From assembly GCF_028641065.1 (NCBI RefSeq), contig NC_073389.1:5580001-5644000 (forward strand): 64,000 nt of DNA, read 5' to 3'. Below, piece after piece: positions 25,814 to 38,922 of this stretch. The translations under genes were made by a program, and so were the position numbers. The notes beneath the pieces were generated by a model that saw only the letters and a program-made list of their open reading frames with translations, was not told where the DNA came from and did not search any database. This DNA is from Leucoraja erinacea. Its lineage: Eukaryota. Numbering within the stretch: the first letter of the stretch is position 1; the number at the start of each line of letters is the position of its first letter.

Positions 25814-27932
25814 GTAACACCAATTCCAGTTGAATATTTGTTCCCCTCACTGAGCGAGCTATTACACTGATCAGTGTACTTTGTGTTTGCATTTCTGCAG
25901 TTGGATTTCACTTGAAAGCCTGAAAATTCAGTCCAAAATATTGCAAGTTTTCTTTTTAACAATAACAATGAACAATGCCTCTTATTTTCTAAAGCAAAGA
26001 CTATTGTTAAACCGTTTCATGTCGTGTGTCGGGCCTTTTCAAGGAAATTGAATGGATGCCTTCACACTAGTTTAGAAGGTTCTACATCAAAATAGACTAC
26101 AATGTGTTATTTAAAAGTCCTACTCAAATGATTTAAGCGGAAAGTCACGCCTGATGCTTCCAGTACAATACGGAGAGAATGCTGCACCTGAAGTGCCAAC
26201 TTTCAAATCTAATGTTGCATTAAATCGTGTTTGGTGTCTCAGGTGGATGAGAAGAACTTTTTTCACACAGAGAGTGGTGAATCTCTGGAACTCTCTGCCA
26301 CAGAGGGTAGTTGAGGCCAGTTTTATATTTAAGAGGGAGTTAGATGTGGCCCTTGTGGCTAAGGGGATCAGGGGGTAAGAGAAGGCAGGTACGGGATACT
26401 GAGTTGGATGATCAGCCATGATCATATTGAATGGCGGTGCAGGCTCGAAGGGCCGAATGGCCTACTCCTGCACCTAATTTTCTATGTTTCTATGTCTTGT
26501 TTTCTATGAAATATTTTATTTTGGGATATTTTAGAGAAAGAAATGTGTTTTCCAGGGTGACTTTTCCAGTCTTTATCCCAAAAGTAAAACCCTTCAAGTA
26601 GATAATTCACCACATTAGTACATTATCACATATTTGCTATTTTCAAATTAGTTACATGGTTTACGACATTCCAATGTTAATTGAACAATAAAGGTCCCTT
26701 ATAAGCAACGTTGGCTGCAAACAAATTTTAGACACTCTGAGGAAGTCATTGTTTTCTGTTTAAATCCAGTAATGATTCCTCGGACCTTGACCATGAGAGA
26801 GTTTGTTTTGCCGCTGAATCATTTTGGGGCTTGATTCCAAATACAGGCTGTGAGGTTTGCTAAATTTGCAGTGCAGTTGCAGCCATGTCTGGATTACTGC
26901 ATTAATTTAGTGAAGTTGGCATCTCCGAAGGTGGACAGATCATCAGGTCCGGCAGAAATGTTTCCCAGCCAGTTAAAGAAGCAAGGGTGGGAACAGCTGA
27001 GGTTCTGACTAAATGTTTTCAGTCAGAAAATTGTACAGGAGATGATGCAGATGGGATTTTAGTTTATTTAATTGTCACATGTATCGAGTAAGCTATTAAA
27101 GAATACAAGTTTCTGACAAATTTTGAGAGGTTGGGTGAGGAGGCACTGTGTTGGGTGGCACGCTGGCGCAGCGGTAGAGTTGCTGCCTTGCAGCACTTGC
27201 AGCGCCAGTGGAGCTGGAGGTAGCTTTGTTAGGGATCAATGTCGGGAGCTCCAACTGCAGGAGCTTTGATCGCCCGACTGCGGGAGCTTCGATCGCCCGA
27301 CTCTGGATGGTTCAACTCCCCCGACCGTGGGAGAAAAGGAGGAAAGGAGAGAAGACTTTATTGCCTTCCATCACAGTGGGGAATATGGTGGTCGCCGAAA
27401 AAACACGCCTGCCCTGGTGGGGAGTCGGAGGGATTGCCGTGAGTGCAGTGATCCTGGAGTCTGGTGTGAGTGTGGACAGCTTTCTGACTTTGGGCGGACA
27501 GGGACTGCAGAGAGAGGACAGCGGTCGGTGAAGGAGCGCATGTGTGGCCCGGACATTGAACTGATGGCTGTGGATCTCCGCTTATGCTGGGTGTCCTAGT
27601 GATTCTCACACAACGCTGTGGTGGTTGTTATATGTTAATCTTTATGTAGTTTTGTGTCTTGTTACTTTTTTGATATGACTGTGTGGTAAATCAAATTTCA
27701 CTGTACCTCAGTACACGTGACAATAAAGGACCATTAAACCATTGAATGCAATTTAATGATTTCATCCCGTGATTTCATTAATAATCATTTTAATTAAATG
27801 TCTTAATACCAAGGTGGAATTGAGGACCTAACTGGTGCACTTGAATTACAAATGTTGCGCATGTGTGATTTCCATTCTATGTTGCCCAGTTTTAATCACT
27901 TTAGGAGGTAACTCACTTGTTAACTTCCTCAG

Positions 27933-28045
27933 TTGCTGGAAGACGTGAAGGAAAACTTCGTGAAAAGGACGAGGAACTGCTGGAAACGACTCAACATGTG
28001 GAAGTGCTGCAGATAAAGCTCGATGAGAAGAATCTGGAGCTAGCG
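27933..28045 (+). pseudogene. Coiled-coil exon B, frameshifted (113 nt); duplicate at 32802-32907 (106 nt)
   Basis: cttcctcag acceptor, GCG|gtaagg donor; consensus of both copies is 114 nt: LLEDVKEKLREKDEELLETTQHVEVLQIKLDEKNLELA. Confidence 0.7.
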
Positions 28046-28725
28046 GTAAGGACATCATTGTTTGCTGCTGTGTGAATCTCAATTACAGGGAAAGATCTCT
28101 GCAAACAGCTAGGGATTGTAACTGGCAGTGAAATAAAAATAGCAGGGAGCCTCTTGGAAAAAAATCTGTAAATATGAAAAAAATTAGAAGATTTTCTTCT
28201 ATATGAATCTCCCCATTCTTTTTTTCTAAATCAGTTCATTAACCCTTTTATGATATGTTATAGTGCAGAATCACAGTTTATGTGGAGCTTTGCAACATTG
28301 TCATTTTGGTTATGACAGGTTGTTGGCATTGCTGATCTGTGCCACCAATTTTTTTCAGCCGTGACCAAGATCCGAAGAGATCTGATATTTAAGATGCCAG
28401 CAACACATGAACTCTTGATTATAATGCAACAGTGTCACTATTGATTATATCATTCTTCATTTTCCCATCCACTAGTGGGAGAGTCTAGGACTAGAGGTCA
28501 TAGCCACAGAATTAAAGGATGTTCCTTTGGGAAGGAGATGAGGAGGAGTTTCTTTAGTCAGAGGATGGTGAATCTGTGCTTTAGCCGTCTTAATTGCAGC
28601 GCCAACCTTCCTGTTCATCGCGGTGTGTGTCTATCACCTTGGCTTTGCATCATGTGAATTTCACTCAGACTGTGCCTCCCCTGTTTGCCCTGTCTCCCGC
28701 CTGCATAATGGGCTGGTGAAGGAAG

Positions 28726-28736
28726 GTGTGTGTGTG

Positions 28737-28768
<32 letters not shown>

Positions 28769-28826
28769 AGTGTGAGTGTGAGTGTGAGTGTGAGTGTGAG
28801 TGTGAGTGTGTGTGCGTGTGCGCGCG
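28726..28826. repeat. (GT)n/(GTGTGA)n microsatellite; duplicate at 33593-33681
   Basis: Direct read; lies in a MITE-like fragment ending aagtggaacaggcccatta. Confidence 0.9.
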
Positions 28827-28987
28827 GGTGTTTCGTGTTCCACTCTGACAGTCGCCGTTCTAGTTGTCGGTTTTTCAGGTACCTGCCGGCAACGTGACAG
28901 TCGCCTGACAAATCGCCCAAGTGGAACAGGCCCATTAGGCTTCCGAAAGTCTCTTTAGTTTAATTTGGCTATTTTTAATTTTTTTAG

Positions 28988-29323
28988 GAGTTGGTTGAAG
29001 ATTTGCGGAAGGTTCAGATTGAAAATGAAAATGGCAAGGACAAGCTTTTGTCAGAAAAGCATGCCATGCAAACCAAGGTCAGAGATCTGACGGCAAGTCA
29101 CACGGCATATTTAAAAAATCTCAAAACAAAACATAGCGCTCAGCTCCGTAAAATCAGGGAGAAACATGCCCAAGAAACATCACAAAAAGAGCACTGCTGT
29201 TTACAACTGCACAAAGATCTCCAACTTTTAAGACCTCACGCCTGGTATTCTGTGCACCCCTTGCAGAACAGGCAATTGGTTCGTTAAATTATTTCACCGA
29301 ACGGAAGATTAAAGAACTGGAAG
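28988..29323 (+). pseudogene. Coiled-coil exon C with internal stop or frameshift; duplicate at 33841-34176
   Basis: tttttttag acceptor, ELVEDLRKVQIENENGKDKLLSEKHAMQTKVRDL..., TAA at 29285-29287; another frame ends FTERKIKELE at AAG|gtaatt (GC donor in copy 2). Confidence 0.7.
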
Positions 29324-30011
29324 GTAATTACTCAAAGTTGACCTGTTAATATTTTTGGCCATAAACGTTCCTACCGCAGATTTGTACATCTGTCGTCTCG
29401 TGGTACGGATTAGGTTTGCCTTAAAATATTCTAGCATTAGAGGAATGGAGTAGAATTTATGACAAAACATCACTTTGTTTTTGTTTTGCCGAGTAATTAT
29501 CTCGTCCCTGTAACCTCATGAGATTTTGTGTATGCAAATTGGTTGCTGTAATTCACATATTTTATCACTGATCACACTTAAAAATATACTTCATTGGTTG
29601 GTAAATGGGTTGGTACATTCAGTGATCAGGAAATGTAGTGTGTAATCTAAGTTTGTTTTACTCGGGTATTCTGGTCAGATTCCTTGATCAGAAGATAGTG
29701 ATGTTTAAGGGATTCAAGAAAATAATTCTTTGAGAAGCATTTGTAAGAGTCTGCCAAATGGCTGACAGGAACACACAGTAGTCATTTGGACAGATTCGTA
29801 CAGATGCTTTTCAAAACATTCTCTTCTTGAATCCTTTAAACATCGCTATCACTGAATTTTAATTTTGAGAGGATGCTGATAGTTAGAACATGACATCGTG
29901 AAGTGTGGCCTNNNNNNNNNNNNNNNNNNNNNNNNNNNNNNNNNNNNNNNNNNNNNNNNNNNNNNNNNNNNNNNNNNNNNNNNNNNNNNNNNNNNNNNNN
30001 NNNNNNNNNNN

Positions 30012-33000
30012 AGGGATTGCAGGTTGGTGTGGGGACTGGGTGGGCCCAAGTGGGGTATCTCTAAACTAAACTGAACTAAGCTAAACTAACTCAGTGGCTT
30101 GGGTGAAAAAGGATGGGTGAAGTTTCAGGTTGGGACCCTTCTTTAGACTGATTGTAGGGGATGGATCTGGAAGCAAGAAAAGACCACGACAAATTTGAAA
30201 AAGGGTCCTGACCCGAAACATCAACCATCCTTTTATTCCACAGACACCACCTGACCTGCTGAGTTAATCCAGCACATTGTGTCTGTCTATCCTATTTTTC
30301 CCCCTCAATATGAGAATTCATTGTGGGAAAGCCTTTGAGCATGTTAAAATACATGAGGCCAATTACGTGAGGTCTTCAGAGTGACTGAATTTTGCAGCAG
30401 TGGCCTTGCAATTAAAAAAATGCATTGGCTTCCATGCAATCCTCATGAATGCACTTATCAAGTCACTGAATATTTCAATACTGTTTGCTCTGAAGTCTGA
30501 TTCACTATGATGCAGTTATTAATGGTGACCAATCATTCTGCAGGCACAGCGCTGCCACAGAGCTACAGGTAAGTATTTGGTGGCTGATTTAACTGAGCAG
30601 CTGGCTCAGCATGAACAGCTAGTAGCGCGGCTCAAAGACGACATTCAGGACAAGGAGACCCAGCTTCACGTGAGAGAACAGCTGAAGGTAACACCAATTC
30701 CAGTTGAATATTTGTTCCCCTCACTGAGCGAGCTATTACACTGATCAGTGTACTTTGTGTTTGCATTTCTGCAGTTGGATTTCACTTGAAAGCCTGAAAA
30801 TTCAGTCCAAAATATTGCAAGTTTTCTTTTTAACAATAACAATGAACAATGCCTCTTATTTTCTAAAGCAAAGACTATTGTTAAACCGTTTCATGTCGTG
30901 TGTCGGGTCTTTTCAAGGAAATTGAATGGATGCCTTCACACTAGTTTAGAAGGTTCTACTTCAAAATAGACTACAAAATGTTATTTAAAAGTCCTACTCA
31001 AATGTTTAAGCAGAAAGTCACGCCTGATGCTTCCAGAACAATACGAAGAGAATGCTGCACCTGAAGTGCCAACTTTCAAATCTAATGTTGCATTAAATCG
31101 TGTTTGGTGTCTCAGGTGGATGAGAAGAACTTTTTTCACACAGAGAGTGGTGAATCTCTGGAACTCTCTGCCACAGAGGGTAGTTGAGGCCAGTTCATTG
31201 GCTATATTTAAGAGGGAGTTAGATGTGGCCCTTGTGGCTAAGGGGATCAGGGGGTATGGAGAGAAGGCAGGTACGGGATACTGAGTTGGATGATCAGCCA
31301 TGATCATATTGAATGGCGGTGCAGGCTCGAAGGGCCGAATGGCCTACTCCTGCACCTAATTTCTATGTTTCTATGTCTATGTTTCTATGAAATATTTTAT
31401 TTTGGGATATTTTAGAGAAAGAAATGTGTTTTCCAGGGTGACTTTTCCAGTCTTTATCCCAAAAGTAAAACCCTTCAAGTAGATAATTCACCACATTAGT
31501 ACATTATCACATATTTGCTATTTTCAAATTAGTTACATGGTTTACGACATTCCAATGTTAATTGAACAATAAAGGTCCCTTATAAGCAACGTTGGCTGCA
31601 AACAAATTTTAGACACTCTGAGGAAGTCATTGTTTTCTGTTTAAATCCAGTAATGATTCCTCGGACCTTGACCATGAGAGAGTTTGTTTTGCCACTGAAT
31701 CATTTTGGGGCTTGATTCCAAATACAGGCTGTGAGGTTTGCTAAATTTGCAGTGCAGTTGCAGCCATGTCTGGATTACTGCATTAATTTAGTGAAGTTGG
31801 CATCTCCGAAGGTGGACAGATCATCAGGTCCGGCAGAAATGTTTCCCAGCCAGTTAAAAGAAGCAAGGGTGGGAACAGCTGAGGTTCTGACTAAATCTTT
31901 TCAGTCAGAAAATTGTACAGGAGATGATGCAGATGGGATTTTAGTTTATTTAATTGTCACATGTATCGAGTAAGCTATTAAAGAATACAAGTTTCTGACA
32001 AATTTTGAGAGGTTGGGTGAGGAGGCACTGTGTTGGGTGGCACGCTGGCGCAGCGGTAGAGTTGCTGCCTTGCAGCACTTGCAGCGCCAGTGGAGCTTGA
32101 GGTAGCTTTGTTAGGGATCAATGTCGGGAGCTCCAACTGCAGGAGCTTTGATCGCCGACTGCGGGAGCTTTGATCGCCTCGACTGTGGGTGTTTCGATTG
32201 GCCCGACCGTGGGAGAAAAGGAGGAAGATAGTAAAAGTTATTTGCCTTCCATCACAGTGGGGAATATGTGGTCGCCGAAAAACACGCCTGCCCTGGTGGG
32301 GAGTCGGAGGGATTGCCGTGAGTGCAGTGATCCTGGAGTCTGGTGCGAGTGTGGATGGCTTTCTGACTTTGGGCGGACAGGGACTGCAGAGAGAGGACAG
32401 CGGTCGGTGAAGGAGCATGAAGGACATTGAACTGATGGCTGTGGATCTCCGCTTATGCTGGGTGTCCTAGTGATTCTCACACAACGCTGTGGTGGTTGTT
32501 TATGTTTAATCTTTATGTAGTTTTGTGTCTTGTTGCTTTTTTGGTATGACTGTGTGGTAAATCAAATTTCACTGTACTTTAGTACACGTGACAATAAAGG
32601 ACCATTGAATGCTAATTAATGATTTCATCCCGTAATTTCATTAATGATAATTTTAATTTAATGTCTTAATACCAAGGTGGAATTGAGGACCTAACTATTG
32701 GTGCACTTGAATTACAAATGTTGCGCATGTGTGATTTCCATTCTATGTTGCCCAGTTTTTATCACTGTTAGGAGGTATTAATCACTTGTTAACTTCCTCA
32801 GTTGCTGGAAGGAAAAACTTCATGAAAAGGACGAGGAACTGCTGGAAACGACTCAACATGTGGAAGTGCTACAGATAAAGCTCGATGAGAAGAATCAGGA
32901 GCTAGCGGTAAGGACATCATTGTTTGCTGCTGTGTGAATCTCAATTACAGGGAAAGGTCTCTGCAACCAGCTAAGGGATTCCGTGGTAACTGCCAGTGAA

Positions 33001-34764
33001 ATAAAAATAGCAGGGAGCCTCTTGGAAATAAATCTGTAAATATGAAAAAATTAGAAGACTTTCTTTTATATGAATCTCCCCATTCCTTTTTTCTAAATCA
33101 GTTAATTAACCCTTTTATGATATGTTATAGTGCAGAATCACAGTTTATGTGGAGCCTTGCAACATTGTCATTCTGGTTATGACAGGTTGTTGGCATTGCT
33201 GATCTGTGCCACCAATTTTTTTCAGCCGTGACCAAGATCCGAAGAGATCTGATATTTAAGATGCCAGCAACACATGAACTCTTGATTATAATGCAACAGT
33301 GTCACTATTGATTATATCGTTCTTCATTTTCCCATCCACTAGTGGGAGAGTCTAGGACTAGAGGTCATAGCCACAGAATTAAAGGATGTTCCTTTGGGAA
33401 GGAGATGAGGAGGAGTTTCTTTAGTCAGAGGATGGTGAATCTGTGCTTTAGCCGTCTTAATTGCAGCGCCAACCATCCTGTTCATCGCGGTGTGTGTCTA
33501 TCACCTTGGCTTTGCATCATGTGAATTTCACTCAGACTGTGCCTCCCCTGTTTGCCCTGTCTCCCGCCTGCATAATGGGCTGGTGAAGGAAGGTGTGTGT
33601 GTGTGTGTGTGTGTGTGAGTGTGAGTGTGAGTGTGAGTGTGAGTGTGAGTGTGAGTGTGAGTGTGTGTGCGTGTGCGCGCGGGTGTTCGTGTTCCACTCT
33701 GACAGTCGCCGTTCCAGTTGTCGGATTTTCAGGTACCTGCCGGCAACGTGACAGTCGCCTGACAAATCGCCCAAGTGGAACAGGCCCATTAGGCTTCCGA
33801 AAGTCTCTTTAGTTTAATTTGGCTATTTTTAATTTTTTAGGAGTTGGTTGAAGATTTGCGGAAGGTTCAGATCGAAAATGAAAATGGCAAGGACAAGCTT
33901 TTGTCAGAAAAGCATGCCATGCGAACCAAGGTCAGAGATCTGACGGCAAGTCACACGGCATATTTAAAAAATCTCAAAACAAAACATAGTGCTCAGCTCC
34001 GTAAAATCAGGGAGAAACATGCCCAAGAAACATCACAAAAAGAGCACTGCTGTTTACAACTGCACAAAGATCTCCAACTTTTAAGACCTCACGCCTGGTA
34101 TTCTGTGCACCCCTTGCAGAACAGGCAATTGGTTCGTTAAATTATTTCACCGAACGGAAGATTAAAGAACTGGAAGGCAATTACTCAAAGTTGACCTGTT
34201 AATATTTTTGGCCATAAACGTTCCTACTGCAGATTTGTACATCTGTCGTCTCGTGGTACGGATTAGGTTTGCCTTAAAATATTCTAGCATTAGAGGAATG
34301 GAGTAGAATTTATGACAAAACATCACTTTGTTTTTGTTTTGCCGAGTAATTATCTCGTCCCTGTAACCTCATGAGATTTTGTGTATGCAAATTGGTTGCT
34401 GTAATTCACATATTTTATCACTGATCACACTTAAAAATATACTTCATTGGTTGGTAAATGGGTTGGTACATTCAGTGATCAGGAAATGTAGTGTGTAATC
34501 TAAGTTTGTTTTACTCGGGTATTCTGGTCAGATTCCTTGATCAGAAGATAGTGATGTTTAAGGGATTCAAGAAAATAATTCTTTGAGAAGCATTTGTAAG
34601 AGTCTGCCAAATGGCTGACAGGAACACACAATAGTCATTTGGACAGATTCGTACAGATGCTTTTCAAAACATTCTCTTCTTGAATCCTTTAAACATCGCT
34701 ATCACTGAATTTTAATTTTGAGAGGATGCTGATAGTTAGAACATGACATCGTGAAGTGTGGCCT
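30012..34764 (+). repeat. Copy 2 of the ~4.77 kb direct duplication
   Basis: Starts at the gap with agggattgcagg (=25140) and matches through aagtgtggcct (=29911). Confidence 0.95.
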
Positions 34765-35050
34765 GGTAGCGCAGCGGTGGAGTTGCTGCCTTTCAGCGCC
34801 AGAGACCTGCGTTTGATCCTGAGTGTGGACTTTGTCTGTACGGAGTTTGTATGTTCTCCCTGTAGGTTTTCATCCAGGTGCTCCGGTATCCTCACATTCC
34901 TTAGATGTACCGGTTTGTAGGTTAATTGACTTGGGCTAATGGTAAATTATACCTAGTGTGTGTAGGATAGTGTTAGTGTGCAAGGATCATTGGTTGGCAC
35001 AGACATGGTGGGTCGAAGGGCCTGTTTCCACGCTGTATCTCTAAATAAAA

Positions 35051-36500
35051 CTAGACTAAGAGGGACCTGTTGGGTCCCAGCCTCACACGGGAGGGCTGGA
35101 TACCCAACACAATATTCCACCTCTGCAGCAATTCCTATATTGCTGGCCAGTGGGAAGGGGGCTTTCTGTTGCGCTAGTATGAGTGTTGTGGGCCGAAGGT
35201 ACTGATTTCCAGAGGGCTAGTATGGAGTTTGTGGGCCGAAGGTACTGATTTCCAGAGGGCTAGTATGGAGTTTGTGGGCCGAATGGAGTTTTGGGCTGGC
35301 AGCTCAGTCACTGAGGCCTGGCAGTACAATCACTCGGACCTGGCAGGCTGGCGGCTGAGAAACTGACAGAAATTGTGCCCAAAACAGGTGACAGTAAGTA
35401 AGAGAGAGAAGGGGGAGAGTGTGGACAATGGATTATTAGGCTGTCAGTTCACTAACTCACGGCTCGTGGGCTGGCAGTGCAGTCACTCACGCCTGGTATG
35501 CTGGCAGTTCACTCAGTCATCCCGCCTACCTTCACCCCCCCACCGCTCTGCTCCTTGCCATTCCCCTCATCCCCCACACATTCAGTGCATCTCCAAACAA
35601 TCTCCCCCCCCATGCACTCTTAGTGGCTCTCCCACAGAGCAGCCATTCCTGCCTATTAGGTTCTATTGTGATGAAGAACACACAGCATTAAAAGTGCAAA
35701 AAGGTTTTATTAAAGTTTAAAATGTAAATGACTTAAAATATAAGAACAATTTAAATTTTAAAGATGAGATTTATTAAGTTTTTACTTGTTGTGTCTTGTT
35801 GCGTCTTGTTGTGTTCTGCTGCTCCTCGCTGCCTCTGATGACTATTTCCTGTTGCTAAAAAGAGACAATTTTAATAAAGAGAAAGTCAGCGGCCAAGTTT
35901 TAAGATGGAAAATCTGAGAATATCTCAGAAGTCATCATTCAACGAAGCACGCTATTAATGACAACATTCTTGGGCGATGTTCCATCCTTCAGGAAACCTT
36001 TGACATTTCCCTTCATATTTCTGTTGAGCTAGTATGTTGGGCCAAAGGTACTGGTTTCCAGAGGGCTAGTATGGAGTTTGTGGGCGGAATGGATTTTTGG
36101 GCTGGCAGCTCAGTCACTGAGGCCTGTACTGGCAGGGGGGCACCAAAATGCTTGGTGTTGCTGAAGACATCTGGAAGAGTTCTGTCCACAACTTCAAAGC
36201 ATTCTCTCCTAATCATTGGACATTCATCCCAAACAATGACTTTCACTTGCCTCGTGAAATGTGCCGTCTTAGAGTTCTTCTCGATGTTGCACAATGTATC
36301 CTCGGCCACTTGGATGGGTATCTTGAATCGAGAATGTGTCGTTCTTCCACCAGGCAGAAATGTAGCTGCTATCCTAGAGGATACTACAGCAATAGCCACA
36401 TCACATAACATTTCCTGACATGATGTTCAAAAAGCAGCCCAAAGACAATTTCAGTTGTTAATGAACACTGAAGATTTTGAGCAAAACATTTTTTTGAGGT
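35051..36500 (-). mobile_element. Helitron derivative: 3' hairpin and CTAG plus a PIF1-helicase fragment (may extend to ~39.9 kb)
   Basis: Minus strand ends GGGACCC-AACA-GGTCCC-tcttagt-CTAG|T; ORF 36013..36411 has SSRIAATFLPGGRTTHSRFKIP and IVWDECPM...FEVVDRTL in the same orientation; internal 43-bp repeats. Confidence 0.85.
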
Positions 36501-36524
36501 AGGGGCTGTCAGGGTGGGGTGGGG

Positions 36525-37711
36525 GGTGGTAAACATCGTGCAGCCAAGGGAGGGGCACAGCTTCAGGTGGGGGTTCTCGTGAGCTGATGAGAAATGGGGG
36601 GGGGGCTCATGCAGGGGATGAGGGCGGCTTCAGTAGGGGGTGCATCCTATTGCCAGGCGGATGTGGGGCATGTCAGTGGAGGAGAGGGGGCAGTGAGCGA
36701 TTTACTCATGACCTGTGGACTCACTCACTGCCTTGGGATTGACTCATGCCCTTTAGACTGATTGACTCTCACGGCTTGTGGACTGACTGATGCCCAACTT
36801 CTGGAGTCACGTCCGACTTTTGTAAACTGAAAACGGTAACATCTACATTGAGGAACAGCTTCTTCCTGACAGCCATCACGCTAATAAACTTAACAAATAA
36901 GCTCTGAACTACGAANNNNNNNNNNNNNNNNNNNNNNNNNNNNNNNNNNNNNNNNNNNNNNNNNNNNNNNNNNNNNNNNNNNNNNNNNNNNNNNNNNNNN
37001 NNNNNNNNNNNNNNNNNNNNNNNNNNNNNNNNNNNNNNNNNNNNNNNNNNNNNNNNNNNNNNNNNNNNNNNNNNNNNNNNNNNNNNNNNNNNNNNNNNNN
37101 NNNNNNNNNNNNNNNNNNNNNNNNNNNNNNNNNNNNNNNNNNNNNNNNTCACAAACAGACTCATTCACGCACACACAAACTCAATGACACTCACATTCAC
37201 ACAAAGACCCACACACACATAGACTCATACACACACACTCATACACACGGACTCACTCACTCACACACACACACAGACTTAATCACACACACATATATAC
37301 AGACTCATCCCCCACCTCAAGACACTGCCCTATGGGTGGTAAATGTCGTGCAGCCAAGGGCAGCTTCAGGCGGGGGTTGTCGTGAACTGATGAGAAGGGG
37401 GTGGGGTGTCCTCATGCAAGGGATGTGGACGGCTTCAGTAGGGGGTGCATCCTATAGCCAGGCGGAGGGCAGCGTCTTGAGGTGTCAGTGGAGGAGAGGG
37501 GGCAGTGAGCGATTTACTCATGACCTGTGGACTCACTGCCTTGGGATTAACTCATGGCCTTTGGACTGACTCTCACAGCTTGTGGACTGACTGATGCCCG
37601 ACTTCTGGAGTCACGTCCGACTTATGTAAACTGAAAACTGTAACATCTACATTGAGGAACAGCTTCTTCCTGACAGCCATCACACTATTAAACTTAACAA
37701 ATAAGCTCTGA
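36525..37711. repeat. Tandem ~800 bp unit with CA-rich spacer (36525-36910 and 37335-37711), broken by gaps
   Basis: Both units read ...tcgtgcagccaaggg...gagcgatttactcatgacctgtggac...aacaaataagctctgaa. Confidence 0.8.
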
Positions 37712-38289
37712 ANNNNNNNNNNNNNNNNNNNNNNNNNNNNNNNNNNNNNNNNNNNNNNNNNNNNNNNNNNNNNNNNNNNNNNNNNNNNNNNNNNNNNNNN
37801 NNNNNNNNNNNNNNNNNNNNNNNNNNNNNNNNNNNNNNNNNTCAGTNNNNNNNNNNNNNNNNNNNNNNNNNNNNNNNNNNNNNNNNNNNNNNNNNNNNNN
37901 NNNNNNNNNNNNNNNNNNNNNNNNNNNNNNNNNNNNNNNNNNNNNNNNNNNNNNNNNNNNNNNNNNNNNNNNNNNNNNNNNNNNNNNNNNNNNNNNNNNN
38001 NNNNNNNNNNNNNNNNNNNNNNNNNNNNNNNNNNNNNNNNNNNNNNNNNNNNNNNNNNNNNNNNNNNNNNNNNNNNNNNNNNNNNNNNNNNGGGTCACGA
38101 CCCATGACCCGTACTGTTGCTACGCTACACCAAATGGATTACACGCGATGTACTGCAGGTAGGCACTTACCATTGTTTCCAACTCCATCTTCCAGGGAGA
38201 TGCTAAACGCTTTTCGTTGTCTCTGTACTGTACACTGACAACGACAATTAAAGTTGAATCTGAATCTGAATCTGAACTGAACGTAGCGG

Positions 38290-38922
38290 ATCCGTTAAAA
38301 CCCGCCGAAAATGTCCATTTTTGCGCTGCAAATAATTATGGAAATCGGGATGAGCATGTGAGACATTTAGCCTTTCAGAATTCCAAAAGTGAGGAGAAAT
38401 GACAGTAGATAGCAGTGAGAGCTGAAGGGACAACAGAGTGCTTAGCGAACATTGGCCGTTTGCTCACTACATTTCATCAACACTAAAGCATTTTTTCTTG
38501 ATTCCTTTGGCATCTAAAAAGTTTCAGAAGAGATAAATCTGGCTGGCCCATGGTTCTCAAGTGGGTTTTTACGTACAAAATGAAAACGCATCTGAAGAAA
38601 TATTTGCAGCCAGATTTATCACTTCTGAGAATTTTTAGATACCAAAGGAATCAAGAAAAAACACGAATAATGCCTTATTGTTGATGAAATGCAGTGAGCA
38701 AACACGATAATTCCAATATTTTCAATTACGATATCTGCACAGGCAATCTTTACCAAGCACTTTAGCTGCTGTTGTCCCTTCAATTCTCGCTTCTCTTTAC
38801 CTTCATTTCATTTCACGTTTGGAATTCTTGGGTAATGTTGGGTACATGTCTCTCACACTTACCCCAACTTCCACAATTTTTTTCAGAGCACAAATTCAAC
38901 ATTTTGGCGGTTTTTAACAGAT
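38290..38922. repeat. Long imperfect inverted repeat (foldback element)
   Basis: Arms 38290-38545 and 38607-38922, e.g. ttcttgattcctttggcatctaaaaa versus tttttagataccaaaggaatcaagaa. Confidence 0.85.

Larger units (their letters stand above)
25140..29911 (+). repeat. Copy 1 of a ~4.77 kb direct duplication
   Basis: Colinear and highly similar to 30012-34764; ends exactly at the 100-N gap 29912-30011. Confidence 0.95.

Noticed and set aside
25670-29323. Assigning the symbol GOLGB1
   Set aside because: Resemblance is limited to one coiled-coil exon and recalled from memory.
35170-35330. CRISPR-like repeat array
   Set aside because: Head-to-tail 43-bp repeats without unique spacers, in eukaryotic Helitron DNA.
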